From Hypanus sabinus (Eukaryota), in contig NC_082720.1 in assembly GCF_030144855.1 (NCBI RefSeq), positions 23,126,001-23,190,000 of the forward strand: DNA of 64,000 nucleotides, given 5' to 3'. Below, piece after piece: positions 13,441 to 24,626 of this stretch. The translations under genes were made by a program, and so were the position numbers. Every line of letters begins with the position of its first letter. The first letter of the stretch is position 1. The notes beneath the pieces were generated by a model, which saw only the letters and a program-made list of their open reading frames with translations, had not been told where the DNA came from and searched no databases.

Positions 13441-14309
13441 AAAGCAGTTCTATATGAAGCTTGTTTGGACAAGTGACCAATGGGAATTATTGTTCCCTGG
13501 AATGGATTTTGTAGTGATGTAGGGTTTAGATCATGGTGTTGTAATTGTAGTTGAAAGGTCTGAAAAAATCAATGCTGATTAATAACTTTGGGCACATGGT
13601 TAAGCTGATACTTGCCACTCATAAAATTGCATCCTGTGCTGGCACAAAAAGACAATGAACTTTGTGGTCAGAGCTGACTAGTGTGAAGATAGCAATGAGT
13701 AGGCAGCAGGAATTTCATACATGACCTTTATTGGGTTGGTTTTCGCTTGATAAAATTTTTGCAGATCTCATTTTTCTGTGTTACCCTCAAGATAATTTTA
13801 ATAATTTCTATGAGAATTTTCATATTTCAGAGACAAACCTGACTTTAAGGTTAACGGAGTGGTGGTGGGGGGGGGGGAACCAATGTCATTGAAGATGGCA
13901 ACAATATGGAATTTGCTGTGTGAGGGTCCTATGAGATAACCAGAAAAATAGCCTTTTTGCTAAGGCAGACAGTTGCAATCTCTATACATTCACAGTTGCA
14001 GTTTGGAGCTATGATGGTCTGCAGTTGTTAAGACAGTAAGACAATAACCAAGTTAGTCCATTTTGTCCAGGTTGTCAATAGCTGCTAGCTTATTTGCATG
14101 GAAGGGAAAGTGGATCAGTGTTTTGCTGTTGATCTCTATTTAATTACCAAGAAGATATGTTAGTCAAATCAACAAATAGACACAGTGAAGAAAGGTAGAG
14201 TGGCCTTTTTGAGGTGATTTATCTATTTTCGTAACTAAACTTTGCAATAAACTTTTGTTTCAATTAGCTTTGTTGGTTGCAAATGTTCAGTTTTGAAGTG
14301 CAAGAAGAT

Positions 14310-14400
14310 TGCTAAGTGTGCTGCCATCAGGAGGAAGCTACAGGGGCTTTGAGATCCACACCTTCAGGTTCAGGAACAGTTATTACCTCAGAACCACAGA
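14310..14400 (+). mobile_element. Short L2 3' fragment
   Basis: Reads LPSGGSYRGFEIHTFRFRNSYY, matching the L2 C-terminus. Confidence 0.6.
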
Positions 14401-14549
14401 TTCTCGAACCAGAGGGGAGAACTCCACTCACTTATCCCTTGTTTGTGATCGGACTCAACCAGACCAGCGACCCAGCAGTTCAAGCAGCCAGTTGGACACT
14501 TGTAACTTGTCCATTCGTGTTTCTGATGCACATTTCAGACACGAACTTC

Positions 14550-15370
14550 TGTTAATGTAGCGTCGCATATCCCTAAACCGCGAATTGAAAGAAATTGAAG
14601 GAAATCCGTCTGCGATTAGACTTTGATGGTAACGCCGGGGAGGAGCCGAGTGTTTGATAACATTTGCCTCATTTCTCCGGGGTGTCGGTGAACAACACCC
14701 GTGTTCCTGTGGAAGGAACTCTTGTCCACGACAAGCCGGAAGCAACAGTTTAACTCGCAGCCACTGCATCTGGTGCAGCGACACGGAGAGCGGCCGCCAC
14801 AGTGTCCGGCACGATGGCTCTTACTGGCTCCGTGGCTCATTTGCCAATAGTGTTTCTTCTGTTAGGTACGTTTCTGAAAGCAGAAATCGAATTACCTTGT
14901 TCAAACTTCTTGTTACAATATCTTGGTATGTAGTAATTGAGGTGGAGCTAGTGTGTGAATGAGGGACCCGGGAGGGGCACAGCCGAGACACTGAGTGATG
15001 CCCGGCGCTGCCGGTTGTTGAAGATTGGGTGGGAGCTGAGCTGACAGGGCGAGTGAACTTGGAGGACCGACCAGTGTTCATCTGAATAGACCGTGGAACA
15101 AGATCAAAGCACCGAATTTCCCTTGATCATTACGGTGAAGGTTTGGTAGCACAGTAGTATGTGAGTGGGTGAATGAACCAGAGGCTGGATCTGTGATCAG
15201 AGATGTTAGTTCGATTCCCTCCGAGCAGTTTTGTTATTTTCCGTAATATTCCTCATATGCCGCCAACAGGTAACATGGATCACATTCCCGTTGCTAGGAC
15301 AGGTTTTTAAACTGTGGACTCTCCCACTCTCATTCAGCGCCATCTGTAACTTTCTTTCCCTGGATTGTTT
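14550..15370 (+). promoter_or_regulatory. CpG-rich island spanning the promoter, 5' UTR and first intron of the TIM gene
   Basis: Visibly dense CG dinucleotides (e.g. gagcggccgccacagtgtccggcacg, cccggcgctgccgg) in otherwise CpG-poor DNA. Surrounds the leader exon. Density not computed. Confidence 0.7.
14814..14865 (+). CDS. HAVCR1/TIMD4-like: TIM-family receptor, signal-peptide exon (MALTGSVAHLPIVFLLL+G)
   Basis: Kozak-like gcacgATGG, hydrophobic core, and a phase-1 donor TTAG|gtacg matching the phase-1 acceptor of the IgV exon. Confidence 0.85.
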
Positions 15371-15373
15371 CAG

Positions 15374-15721
15374 GTCGAGTCGCCTTCGTCTCTGGAACAG
15401 AAGTGCGAGGAGTCACGGGACAGTCGATCACACTGCCGTGCCGCTATTCTGTCGGAAAATATGGAAAAAGTGAGATGTGCTGGGGCCGGGGAGAGTGTCC
15501 TTCTCGCGGCTGTGGAGATGAACTGATTAGAACAAACGGAGACAGAGTAACTTCTGCAACATCCCAGAGACATAGTCTTGGTGGTAGAATTGCGGCAGGA
15601 GATGTGTCGCTCACTATAAATGATCTACGGAGAGAAGATAGCGGCTGGTATTGCTGCCGTGTGGAGATTCCGGGATGGTTTAATGATCTGAAAACGAATT
15701 TGAATCTCCGGGTTTCGGACG
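15374..15721 (+). CDS. HAVCR1/TIMD4-like: TIM-family (T-cell immunoglobulin and mucin domain) IgV exon
   Basis: Acceptor ttgtttcag|, donor GACG|gtaagc, 348 nt, phase 1-1. Peptide SITLPCRY..MCWGRGECPSRGCG..GDVSLTINDLRREDSGWYCCRVEIPGWFNDLK has six Cys and WFND, which are diagnostic of TIM IgV. Orthology within the family is not resolved. Confidence 0.96.
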
Positions 15722-15758
15722 GTAAGCAGCTCAATGTTACATGGTCCTGTGTCAGAAA

Positions 15759-16065
15759 TGGCGGCTTAGCGGTGTAGCTGCGAGTATATTTGCCCCACAT
15801 CTCCTGAGATGCAGGTTCGATCCCAAACTCCTGTGCTTAGTGTGTGGGAATCGTGTTTTCCCTTGGTTCATCCGGATGCTCGAACGTCGCAAGAACAGGT
15901 TGGTGTGTTAATCGATCACCGTAAACGGCCATTAGATGAACGGCAGGACAATGGCGGGGAGCTGAGGGGGAAAGTTTCCTGGGATATATGCGGGGATATT
16001 TCCGATGGGAATCATGGGCAGATGATGTTCTCGATGGGCTGAACGGCCCTCTTCTGCCCCTGAGA
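15759..16065 (+). mobile_element. tRNA-derived SINE with a CR1-like tail
   Basis: A-box-like tggcggcttagcgg, B-box ggttcgatccc (15814-15824), tail atgggctgaacggccctcttctg. Confidence 0.7.
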
Positions 16066-16279
16066 ACATAAGAAATAACACAATGAATACTGATTTATTG
16101 TTCACTCTGTAGTATATCCAGTAGAATGGATAATGTGCAGGATGACAACGGCAGGACAGTACAATGTGATATGGACAAAGAGTGCGTTGTCTGAGATTCT
16201 GTGGAGAGGAATATTTTGTGTGTTGCATCAGATATACAACACAAAACGATGGGCTTAGGGTGTCAATAACCGTGTTAAT

Positions 16280-17125
16280 GCTGCTGTCATAGGAGCATAA
16301 CGAATAGAAGCAGGAGTTGTCCATTGGGCTTTCGGACTGTTCCAACATTGATTAGGAATGGGATTGATCTTCTTTCTACCTCAGCACCATTTGCCACCAC
16401 TGTCCTGTATCTCTTGACTCCATGTGCAGATATCTATCAGTCTGTGTTTTGAACAAAAACGGAGAATGTGCATCTGCAGCCTAAAGCTTCACCACCACAG
16501 GAAGATCTTCTCATGTATGTCCTGCTGCCTATCTCAATTTCTAGATACATCATTCAGGGAAAACACCTTACTTACATTTTGCTCTGACAAGTCCTTGACG
16601 GATTTAGTATGTTTAGTTGAAGTTGAAGAGAGTATAGTCCCAGTCTACTCAGTATCTCATCATATAGAAACCTTGCCAACCCTGAATATTCTTTGCACTC
16701 TGCCTATGGCAAGTAATTCTTTCTTAGCTGAGAGGTCGAAATTGTCCACATTGTATTCCATTTGTCATTTCCCTGCCCACTCACTGAACTTGACTGTATA
16801 AACTTGGCTTTACACTGTTGGTAAATCACCAGATGTATCATTTGTTGCCTCATGAATTTCATTCCATCTTAGTCCTGAACGATGATCCTTATTTTGAGAT
16901 GATGATTCCCATTTCTTGACAGGCAAGACATCTCTTACAGCTACCCTTTCAAACCCTCTCAGAATTGTATACATTTCAATGAGCTCCCCTATCATTCTTC
17001 TAAGCTTTGCCTTGTGCTCAACATCTGTGTAAAGAACAATATCTGTTTGCCTAGGAAACACCATTTTGATGGGTGTCTCTGGAAATGTGGCTCGTGAGCC
17101 CCTCACTATTGAGCCACTGAACTCC
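16280..17125 (-). mobile_element. Decayed CR1 fragments
   Basis: ORF 16810-17127(-) has RRMIGELIEMYTILRGFERV, the CR1 ORF2 C-terminus. Confidence 0.65.
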
Positions 17126-17154
17126 ACAGTGAGAAACCCACCTTTCTTGGGCTT

Positions 17155-17816
17155 TGTACGTCTAGGGTGTATATGACTTTGGACTTGCCAAATTCCTGAG
17201 GTTGGGATGTCTCAACCACCCAAACCCCAGTTTGTGTGAATGCTGGGTGATTTACTTATCCCTGGTAAGAAATAACAGATCATACACTGCATACATTTAT
17301 AAAGAAGTACATTTAAGAATGTTAACTTAAGCAAACAGTTATTAAACGGAAGGGGAAAAAAAAACAAAAGGACCCATTATGCTTAAAAAGTCACGTGCAC
17401 GGTGGTGCTCAAATCTTCCAAACGATGTTGTTTTAGATGCACACTCTGCACCCTCCAAATGAAGATCAAAATCCATCTAGGAGAAGTGGGCTCTCCCACG
17501 CGAGTATTGGTCTTCTTTCTAGAAGCCATTCATCTGCACAAAGCACCTTGTGCAACAGGGACAGCATCCTCAGCTATCTTCCCTTCTGTCTTCTCCCTGC
17601 TTCCATCAACAAAGACCTCTCTGCCCAATGCTCTCCAGAACCTTCTCCCAATTCTACCATCCTGATTGGTTGAAACCATATTCCTAAATTGAACGACAAA
17701 GCCTGTTATCTCAGCTCAAACCCAAACAGGCTGAAAGCAGAACAGACTGCTCTTATGGAACTGCTAATTTGAAATACCTACAGCATAGCATTAAAATTCT
17801 TAACCAGGTTGTTACA
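17155..17816. mobile_element. Possible solo-LTR-like repeat
   Basis: Termini tgt...aca and no coding similarity. No TSD found. Confidence 0.3.
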
Positions 17817-18449
17817 CCTGGAATCATTGTATGAACATTTATTTATTCTGAACAAGTTTTTTCTTCGGTTATTTCCTTATTGCCTTACTTAGCTTTCAGT
17901 GACTATGTACACAGACACCCCGATCCTTTGAATGTCCGTTCACTTAACATTTAATAAAAATCTGTTTTTCTAATGTTCCTACTGAAGTAGATCATGTTAC
18001 ATTCACTACACTTTATTCCATTCATCATGTCCTTGTCTATTTAGCCAGCCCCCCCCCCCCCCCTTTGTGCTGATTTCTCCTTATATTGTCTGTAAATCAC
18101 TCACAGTTAATTATTTATCCTTAAATCTTGGAAATGTTGTGCTTGAGCTAAGTCATTGATATATGTTATGAAAAGAAGAGTCCAACCCTATGACCTTCCC
18201 AACCCAAGTTTATTCCATCTCTGTTTCCTCTGTTAACCAATGCACATTAGTGAATTAACCCCAATCCAATGTGTTCTAATCATGTCTAACAGTTACACCT
18301 TAAAGGCCCTCCAATAGTCTAAATGCTCAATATCCACCTGTTGTCTCTAACCTTTTTCTAAGAGTTGTATAAGCTTGAAGTGAAAAAGAATTGTATGACA
18401 AGCATTGAGAAATGTAAAAAATACATTGAATGTTTCTTCTGTTACACAG

Positions 18450-18477
18450 ACAAGCACAACAGTTCTGTTAACCACAA
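18450..18477 (+). CDS. Candidate TIM stalk micro-exon m1A (28 nt, D-KHNSSVNH; alternative 15-nt form 18463-18477)
   Basis: tgtttcttctgttacacag|...ccacaa|gtaagtg. The donor is conserved in copy B (42707). Confidence 0.5.
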
Positions 18478-19462
18478 GTAAGTGATTTATTATACACCAT
18501 GGAAACAATGTTGCTTATTTACATTCTGATAATAATGTAATTTTGTTGGATAAACTGCAATGTTGGTGATAAAAGTTAAAAAAAATATGCATTGAAATTG
18601 ATTTTAATTGAAATTTTTATGTTTAGAACCTTAAGGTTAGGTAAAGATATTTGCAATAAGGACAGGCTGGGAATGTTTGCAGTTAAAGTGAAAGCAAGAT
18701 TTGCATTTTATAAAGTGCCTTTCACACTGAGCAGGCATTGCTTCCACATACAGCGATGTGGTGATGATAATCCTGATTTCATCACCTTGTGGAAATGTGT
18801 CCACAAGGTTTTATGAACAAGCTCAATGAGATGACAAGAACTTGGCAGATGGAACACAATGAAGGAAAATGGGAGATCATCCAATTTAGTACCAATAATG
18901 CACAAGTTGAGTTTTTATTAAATGCTAAGTGATTGTGTGCTGTATTACTTTAGCACCAAGTTGTGATGATACACACATCTCTTCAGGGCCTTGTGCATGT
19001 ACAAATAATAAGTCACCATTTATTATTAGAAGCTTTGAACATTGGAGTAACAGAGTCATACTGTAGTTGTACAGAGTCCTGGCAAGGTAGTGGAGGGTTT
19101 TGGTTTCTTAAGAATGAAAAGTCATACTTGGCATAGAGAGAAACAATTAATAACTGGAGTCACAGATGGCAATTCACAACACCCTTCCCTCACTCTTCAA
19201 TGGAGTGAGTGTTCAATTTATTTTTACAGTTCATGATAAAGTCTTTGTTTGAACACATCATTGGTACATTTGGTCAGAATATACCTAAACTGCCCTTTGC
19301 ATTACCAGGTGTTCAGACATTTACCCTCATTGGCCGGAAATTGCTCACTTATCATTGTTTCTCATAAGCTGAAGGCACAGCAATCTGAGACAGAGTGAAT
19401 ATATATCTGCAGCCTGGATCTGGAACACAGAGTATCAGAATGCTCCCTGTGTTTTCACACAG

Positions 19463-19476
19463 TGATGAACATTCAG
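19463..19476 (+). CDS. Candidate TIM stalk micro-exon m2A (14 nt, N-DEHS)
   Basis: ctccctgtgttttcacacag|tgatgaacattcag|gtgtgggtga. Both splice sites are conserved in copy B. 28+14 nt restores phase 1. Confidence 0.4.
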
Positions 19477-19563
19477 GTGTGGGTGAATCTTTTCTGGTGC
19501 AGCACATCTGAGATTGTCATGTGACAAAAACAAAATTTTAAGTACCATAGAGAGATTCTTAAA

Positions 19564-20360
19564 CAGTGGATTCACTTAATCAGGGAAAGTGTTTATTTGG
19601 GATAAATCTTAAAGAACAAAATCTAAATTGAGAAAATGGCTGGGACTCCTTCATTTATTTGGGACGTTATTCCACTTAATTGAGGTAGGAGATTGTTGCC
19701 GAACAGTTTCTAAATAGGTTTAGACATGTATATTTAGGTATCTGTTAGACACTACACCATACTGAGAGTTATCATTTTTAAAATACCATCACTTGCTTGT
19801 GTTCAAACAGCGGTTACTTTTGTCATTGATAATTGGTGAGAAATAAGCAGTAAGACAGTTTGGAACTGTTTTGTTCATCACAGTTTCAATTATTCAGGAT
19901 TGGAGATGCCAGAAATGGTTGGTAGTGAAAATGGAGCAATATCCCTTCTTCAGCAAGTTGAGAATTACAAAGATATCTACAAATCTGGAATCTCATAATG
20001 AAAATGAAGATTTGTAGAATGCAGTCATTGAAGGCATTGCTGGTTGATTATAATCTGCACTAGACATCTGTACTGATATTGTTTGTTTACAGTCAATTAA
20101 AAAATATGCTGGTTGAGTTCCCTGTTGATAGTACTGTACTGTACTGTACTTATGGTACTGTAGAGGTATTAGTAGTGTTCTAGCATGTTCCTTATTAGCA
20201 TGTTCCTTATTTCATTAAAATGAACAAATTGTGACTCAGTTAAACAGTAATTTGTCTTTTTTATACATTTTAGCTATTTCCATAGAATTTTGGCTAATTT
20301 GGGGAGTTTCTTAATCAGGTCAAAAGGTACTCACCCCGATGTGACCCGGTTAACTGGAAT

Positions 20361-20362
<2 letters not shown>
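19564..20362 (+). mobile_element. Tigger/pogo-like non-autonomous DNA transposon remnant
   Basis: Degenerate inverted ends (cagtggattcacttaat / ttaactggaatc). The internal part recurs at 55720-56090. Confidence 0.45.

Positions 20363-20363
<1 letters not shown>

Positions 20364-20405
<42 letters not shown>
20364..20405. repeat. (TA)n microsatellite
   Basis: Perfect TA run. Confidence 0.97.
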
Positions 20406-20409
<4 letters not shown>

Positions 20410-20499
20410 CAAACTAGGTGAAGACCAACCATTCTGAAAGGTGAGAATGTGACAGATATGACACTTTAACTTTCAATTCATCAATTCTTGCACCTTGGC

Positions 20500-21310
20500 A
20501 AGAGTGAGTATGAGACAAGGTGGTCATCCTGGATCAGTAAGAAATTTCATGGCAGACAAGGTGTGCTGTTACTGCTCTTCTGATCAATCACAAAACAACA
20601 TGCAAGGTTGAAAACCAGAAATAAAGTGGTTGACCACAGACACTGAGTGCAGCAGAAGACAGATACATCAAACTGACGTCCCTTCTAAACTGGAAGAAGT
20701 TTAGTACGGATAACAGCTCCAAAATCACAGAAACACTTGGACCCAAGTACACCCCTCCCCATTTTGGAGAAGTCTTGTCAGAATTCATGGAAGAGTTGTT
20801 GTCAAAATTTCATTCTTATGAAATGGAAACAAAGGCAAAAGTCTCGCCTACACACCAAAAAAAACAAGGACTGGGGTGCTGAACAATGGCAGCCGTTGCT
20901 CTGGACTGATATGGCAAAATGTGAATTTTTGGCTTAAACAGGAAACAGTTTGTTTGTAGAAGAGCTGGAGAGCGCTACTTGGATGAGTGTCTGCAGCCAA
21001 CAGTGAAGCATGGTGGAGGTTCCCTGCAGGTCTGGGGATGCATTTCTGCAAATAGAGTTGGTGATCTGGTCAGAATTAATGGAATCATCAACACTGAGAA
21101 GTGCAAGCAGATTCTCATCTATCGCTCAATACCATCAGTAAGGTGTCTGATTGGTTCCAACTTCATTCTGCAGCAGGACTATGACCCCAAAAACATGACC
21201 AAGCTCCTAAGAAACTATCTTCAGAAAAAAGATGTACAAGGATCTCTGCAAAGGATAAAATGGCCTCTGCAGAGCCCTGATCTTAACATCATCGAGGCTT
21301 TCTGGAATTA
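20500..21310 (+). mobile_element. Tc1/mariner transposase remnant (copy B)
   Basis: ORF 20979-21326 reads VKHGGGSLQVWGCIS...FILQQDYDPK...WPLQSPDLNIIEAFW, containing DD34E-type motifs. Confidence 0.92.
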
Positions 21311-21329
21311 CCACATGGTAAGATAACAA

Positions 21330-22140
21330 CATGTGTGAATGCAGTGGCCTCTCAGGAGCCAAACAAAGGTGCTTTTGTCTTTGTTAAATTTGTACCTTAT
21401 CATCCAAAGACAATTCTTCTCCAAGATCTTCAGGTACTGCAGGGCTACTCCATCAGTGAGCTGCTCAGTAATTGGAGTAGCTGGATTGGTGTCAGTAGCG
21501 GAGCCAGTGAAGGTGCTAAGATATCGGAGGAGCCTGTCGGGATATCGGAGGAACCTGTTGGGATATCAGAGGAGTCAATTTGGGTTCGGAGGAGCCAAGC
21601 TGGCTGCAGACTGTGTTGCTGCCCGCTATTTGGAAGCATCGGAGTTGGCGCAGTATTGCCATGAGAGATTGTCTCAGACATTTCACTTACGATCACAAGA
21701 TTCTGTTGGTCAGTGTTAATGTAAGTTGCCATAGGCCTGCTTCCCTTGTCTGGTGGAGAGAAGGTCGATATGGGAGCTGTGTAGCCTTAGCTGTAGTGTG
21801 ATCTAGGCCTCAAGTCTTGGTCTTGCCTGCTGTTGCAGATCAGGTGAGAGATGTGGAAGTGCTAAAGCACATTTGACAGGCTGAATTGTGTGTTACTGTA
21901 CACTGCCAGGAGACTGTACCATGGATTGCTGGACATTGTCACTCAGGGTCTTGGACTATATATATGTTTTTTTTGGAGTAAATATGCTTTATTGCTCGAT
22001 ACTTTGAATTATGTTACCCATTATTTTTAAATGTTTGCTTCCTATTTTGGATGTTTTGCCCCTTGGCCCTACAGGAACACTGTCTCGTTCAGTTGTACCT
22101 ATGTATGGCTTGAATGATAATTAAATCTGATTTGATTTGA
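21330..22140 (+). repeat. Unclassified repeat with an L2-like tail (longer homologue of 790-1350)
   Basis: Shared sequence and the same neighbours as in copy A. Ends in (tgatt)n. Confidence 0.5.
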
Positions 22141-22349
22141 TTCATCTGGAGAGACAGAAGCAAGCAAGGCAACCAAAGTCTGCAGAAGAACTGTAGGAGT
22201 GAAACAAGAAGTGTCTCACATGTTCTATAAAAAGACAAGCAAGCCTAGATTCCTTTGTGTTCTCATAGCAACGTCTTTAACTTGGAGAAGTGAAAGGACT
22301 TTATAGGAAAGTGAAGAGAAGTGAATGGGAGTGAAAAGAAAAGGAAAAA

Positions 22350-22560
22350 AAAAGAGTACATACATGTCACCACACGCAATACTGAGATTCTTTTTCCTGT
22401 AGGCATACTTAACAAATCTATAGAACAGTAACTGTAAACAGGATCAATGAACAACAAACTAAATAAATAAATAGCAATGAATAATGAGTATGAAATAATA
22501 AGATAAAGAGTCCTTAAAGTGAGACCAGCAGTTGTGGGAACACCAGAAATAGAATGAGAG
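22350..22560 (-). mobile_element. L2 3' tail (copy B)
   Basis: Homologous to 1880-2105. Confidence 0.65.
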
Positions 22561-22564
22561 TCCA

Positions 22565-24560
22565 TGATATTACAGGAAGGATACTAGTGTGGAAAGAGGA
22601 TTGGCTGAGTGGCAGGAGACAAAGGGTGTAAATCAAGGGGCCTATTCTAGTTGGCCACCTGTGACAAGTTGTGTTTTGCAGTGTTCAGAATTGGGACCAT
22701 TTCTTTCTGCATTATGTGCCAATCATTTGTATGATGGAATTGAAAACTTTGTGGTCAAGTTTGCAGATGATACAAAGATAAATGGAGGGTTGTGATGAAG
22801 CAGAGAATCTGCAGAAGGACTTGGACAGATTGGGAGAATGGGCCAAGAAGTGGCAGATGGAATATAGTGAAGGGAAGTGTATGGTCATGCACTTTGGTAG
22901 AAGGGGTAATAGTAGCCTATTTGCTAACTGAGGAGTAAATCAAAAATCAGAGGTGCAAATTGACTTGGGAGTCCTTGTGCAGGATACCCTACAAGGTTAG
23001 ATTTCATTTCGAGAGGACTAGAATAGAAAAGCAATGATGTGATGCTGAGGCTTTATGAGGCATTGGTCAGACCGCACTTGTGAGCAGTTTTGGGACCCGC
23101 TGACATTCAAGAAGGTCCAGAGGAAGTTCACAAGAATGATTACAGGAATGAAAGGGTTAACATATAAGGAGCATTTATTGCTCTGGGCCTCTATCGCTGA
23201 AGTTTAGAAAAATGAGGGAGGATCTCATTGAAACCTATTGAATTTTGAAAGGCAAAGTGGACATAGAGAGAACATTTACTATACTGAGTCAATCTAGGAT
23301 CTAACTGTTATTTGTTAAGCGGGGAGCAGTGCACAATCCTAATCTGATGAAAAAAAGGATGTGGGAGCACGGAGGAACATCTGGAAATCTCCAGGAAGGC
23401 CTTCTTCGTTGCTGCTGCTGCTGTGAGGTCCGGGTCTCTGCTGATAAGAACAAGCCCCCAGTCCTTGGGGTCACGTTGTGGGTGGCTGTTGGCGGGGGCG
23501 TCTTAATGCGCTCAGCAGAGGATGGTCCTCGGAGAGGCTGTGCCAGAGGGGATGGTCAGAGGCTTGGATGTTCGATGGACTCGGAGTCCGCTGCAGTCGG
23601 GGCACTTTCACGGTGTGCTGTGTCTGCGAGGCTGGGTCAGATGGAGCTTTCATTGTATGCTGCATCTGCAAGGCTGAGTCTGGAGGCACCTTGGAAGTCC
23701 ATAGCGGGGGGGTACTCCCTTCTGCCGCCGGCATGGGATGACGAGTCTATCAGGACCCTGAGAACTCGTGGAATCTGTGTGGTGATTTCTTTCGAACTTA
23801 TAGTCTTTTAACATCTTTGGACTATTTTTACTGTGCCCATGGTCTGTTTTTTTTTATCAATTATGGTATTGTCTGCACTGTTGTAACTATATGTTAACTA
23901 TAACTATATGTAACTATGTGATTTTGTGTAGGTCTTGTAGCTTTAGTTTTTGGTTTGTTGGGTGGTAGAGTTGGTCTCTTGATGGTGTGTCTGGGTAGTC
24001 TTGTTTTGTCTGGTGGATTTGGAGGTCCTTTCTGCGAAACACCATACAATGGTAGCGCGATACTAATATGCAGCAGCCTCTCCGGACTCTGGATGGATTG
24101 GGGATTGCCAAACGTTATGTGGATTTTCTGGTGAAGTCTGTTTTGTCACGTGCTTTTGTGATATCATTCTGGAGGAATGTTGTCTCATTTTTTAACTGCA
24201 TTGCATTTGTGGTTTCTAAATGACAATAAACTGAAATTCAATTCAATTCAATTCATAGGGCACAGCTTCAGAATAGAGGGATGTCCATTTAGGTCAGAGA
24301 TGAGAAGGAATTTCTTTAGGCAGAGGGTGGTGAATCTGTGGAGTTCATTGCTATGGACAGCTGTGGAGGTCAGGTCATTGGCTATACTTGAAGCAGAGGT
24401 TTATAGGTTCTTGATTAGTCAGGGCATCAAAGGTTTCAGGGAGAAGAGAAGAGAAGAGAATGGGGTTCAGAGGGATAATAAATTAGCCATAATAGAATGG
24501 TGACATAGACTGGATGGGCTGAATAGTCTAATTCTGCTCCTATGTCTTATAGTCTTTTGG
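22565..24560 (+). mobile_element. CR1 RT-to-3' fragment interrupted by a 0.95-kb insertion
   Basis: KFADDTKI in ORF 22589-22795. The CR1 resumes at ~24255 with GHSFRIEGCPFRSEMRRNFF. Confidence 0.85.
23300..24254 (+). mobile_element. LINE-derived (probably L2-clade) long 3' region, copy B only
   Basis: Ends in tgacaataaactgaaattcaattcaattcaattca. GC-rich interior with no recognisable protein. Confidence 0.5.
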
Positions 24561-24626
24561 ACTTGATGAGAATTATTTCAATTAAAGAAGGATTGAGCCT
24601 GTTGAACAAAGAGATGTGGTAAAATG

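Noticed and set aside
14455-15081. Minus-strand ORFs in the CpG island suggesting a divergent head-to-head gene
   Set aside because: No recognisable domain or splice pattern; explained by GC-rich sequence antisense to the TIM leader region.
15759-15830. tRNA gene
   Set aside because: A and B boxes are present, but I saw no acceptor stem or cloverleaf, and the sequence continues into a SINE body with a CR1-like tail.
23329-23811. 160-aa ORF and overlapping ORFs
   Set aside because: They lie inside a copy-B-only insertion with a LINE-like tail; no domain signature.
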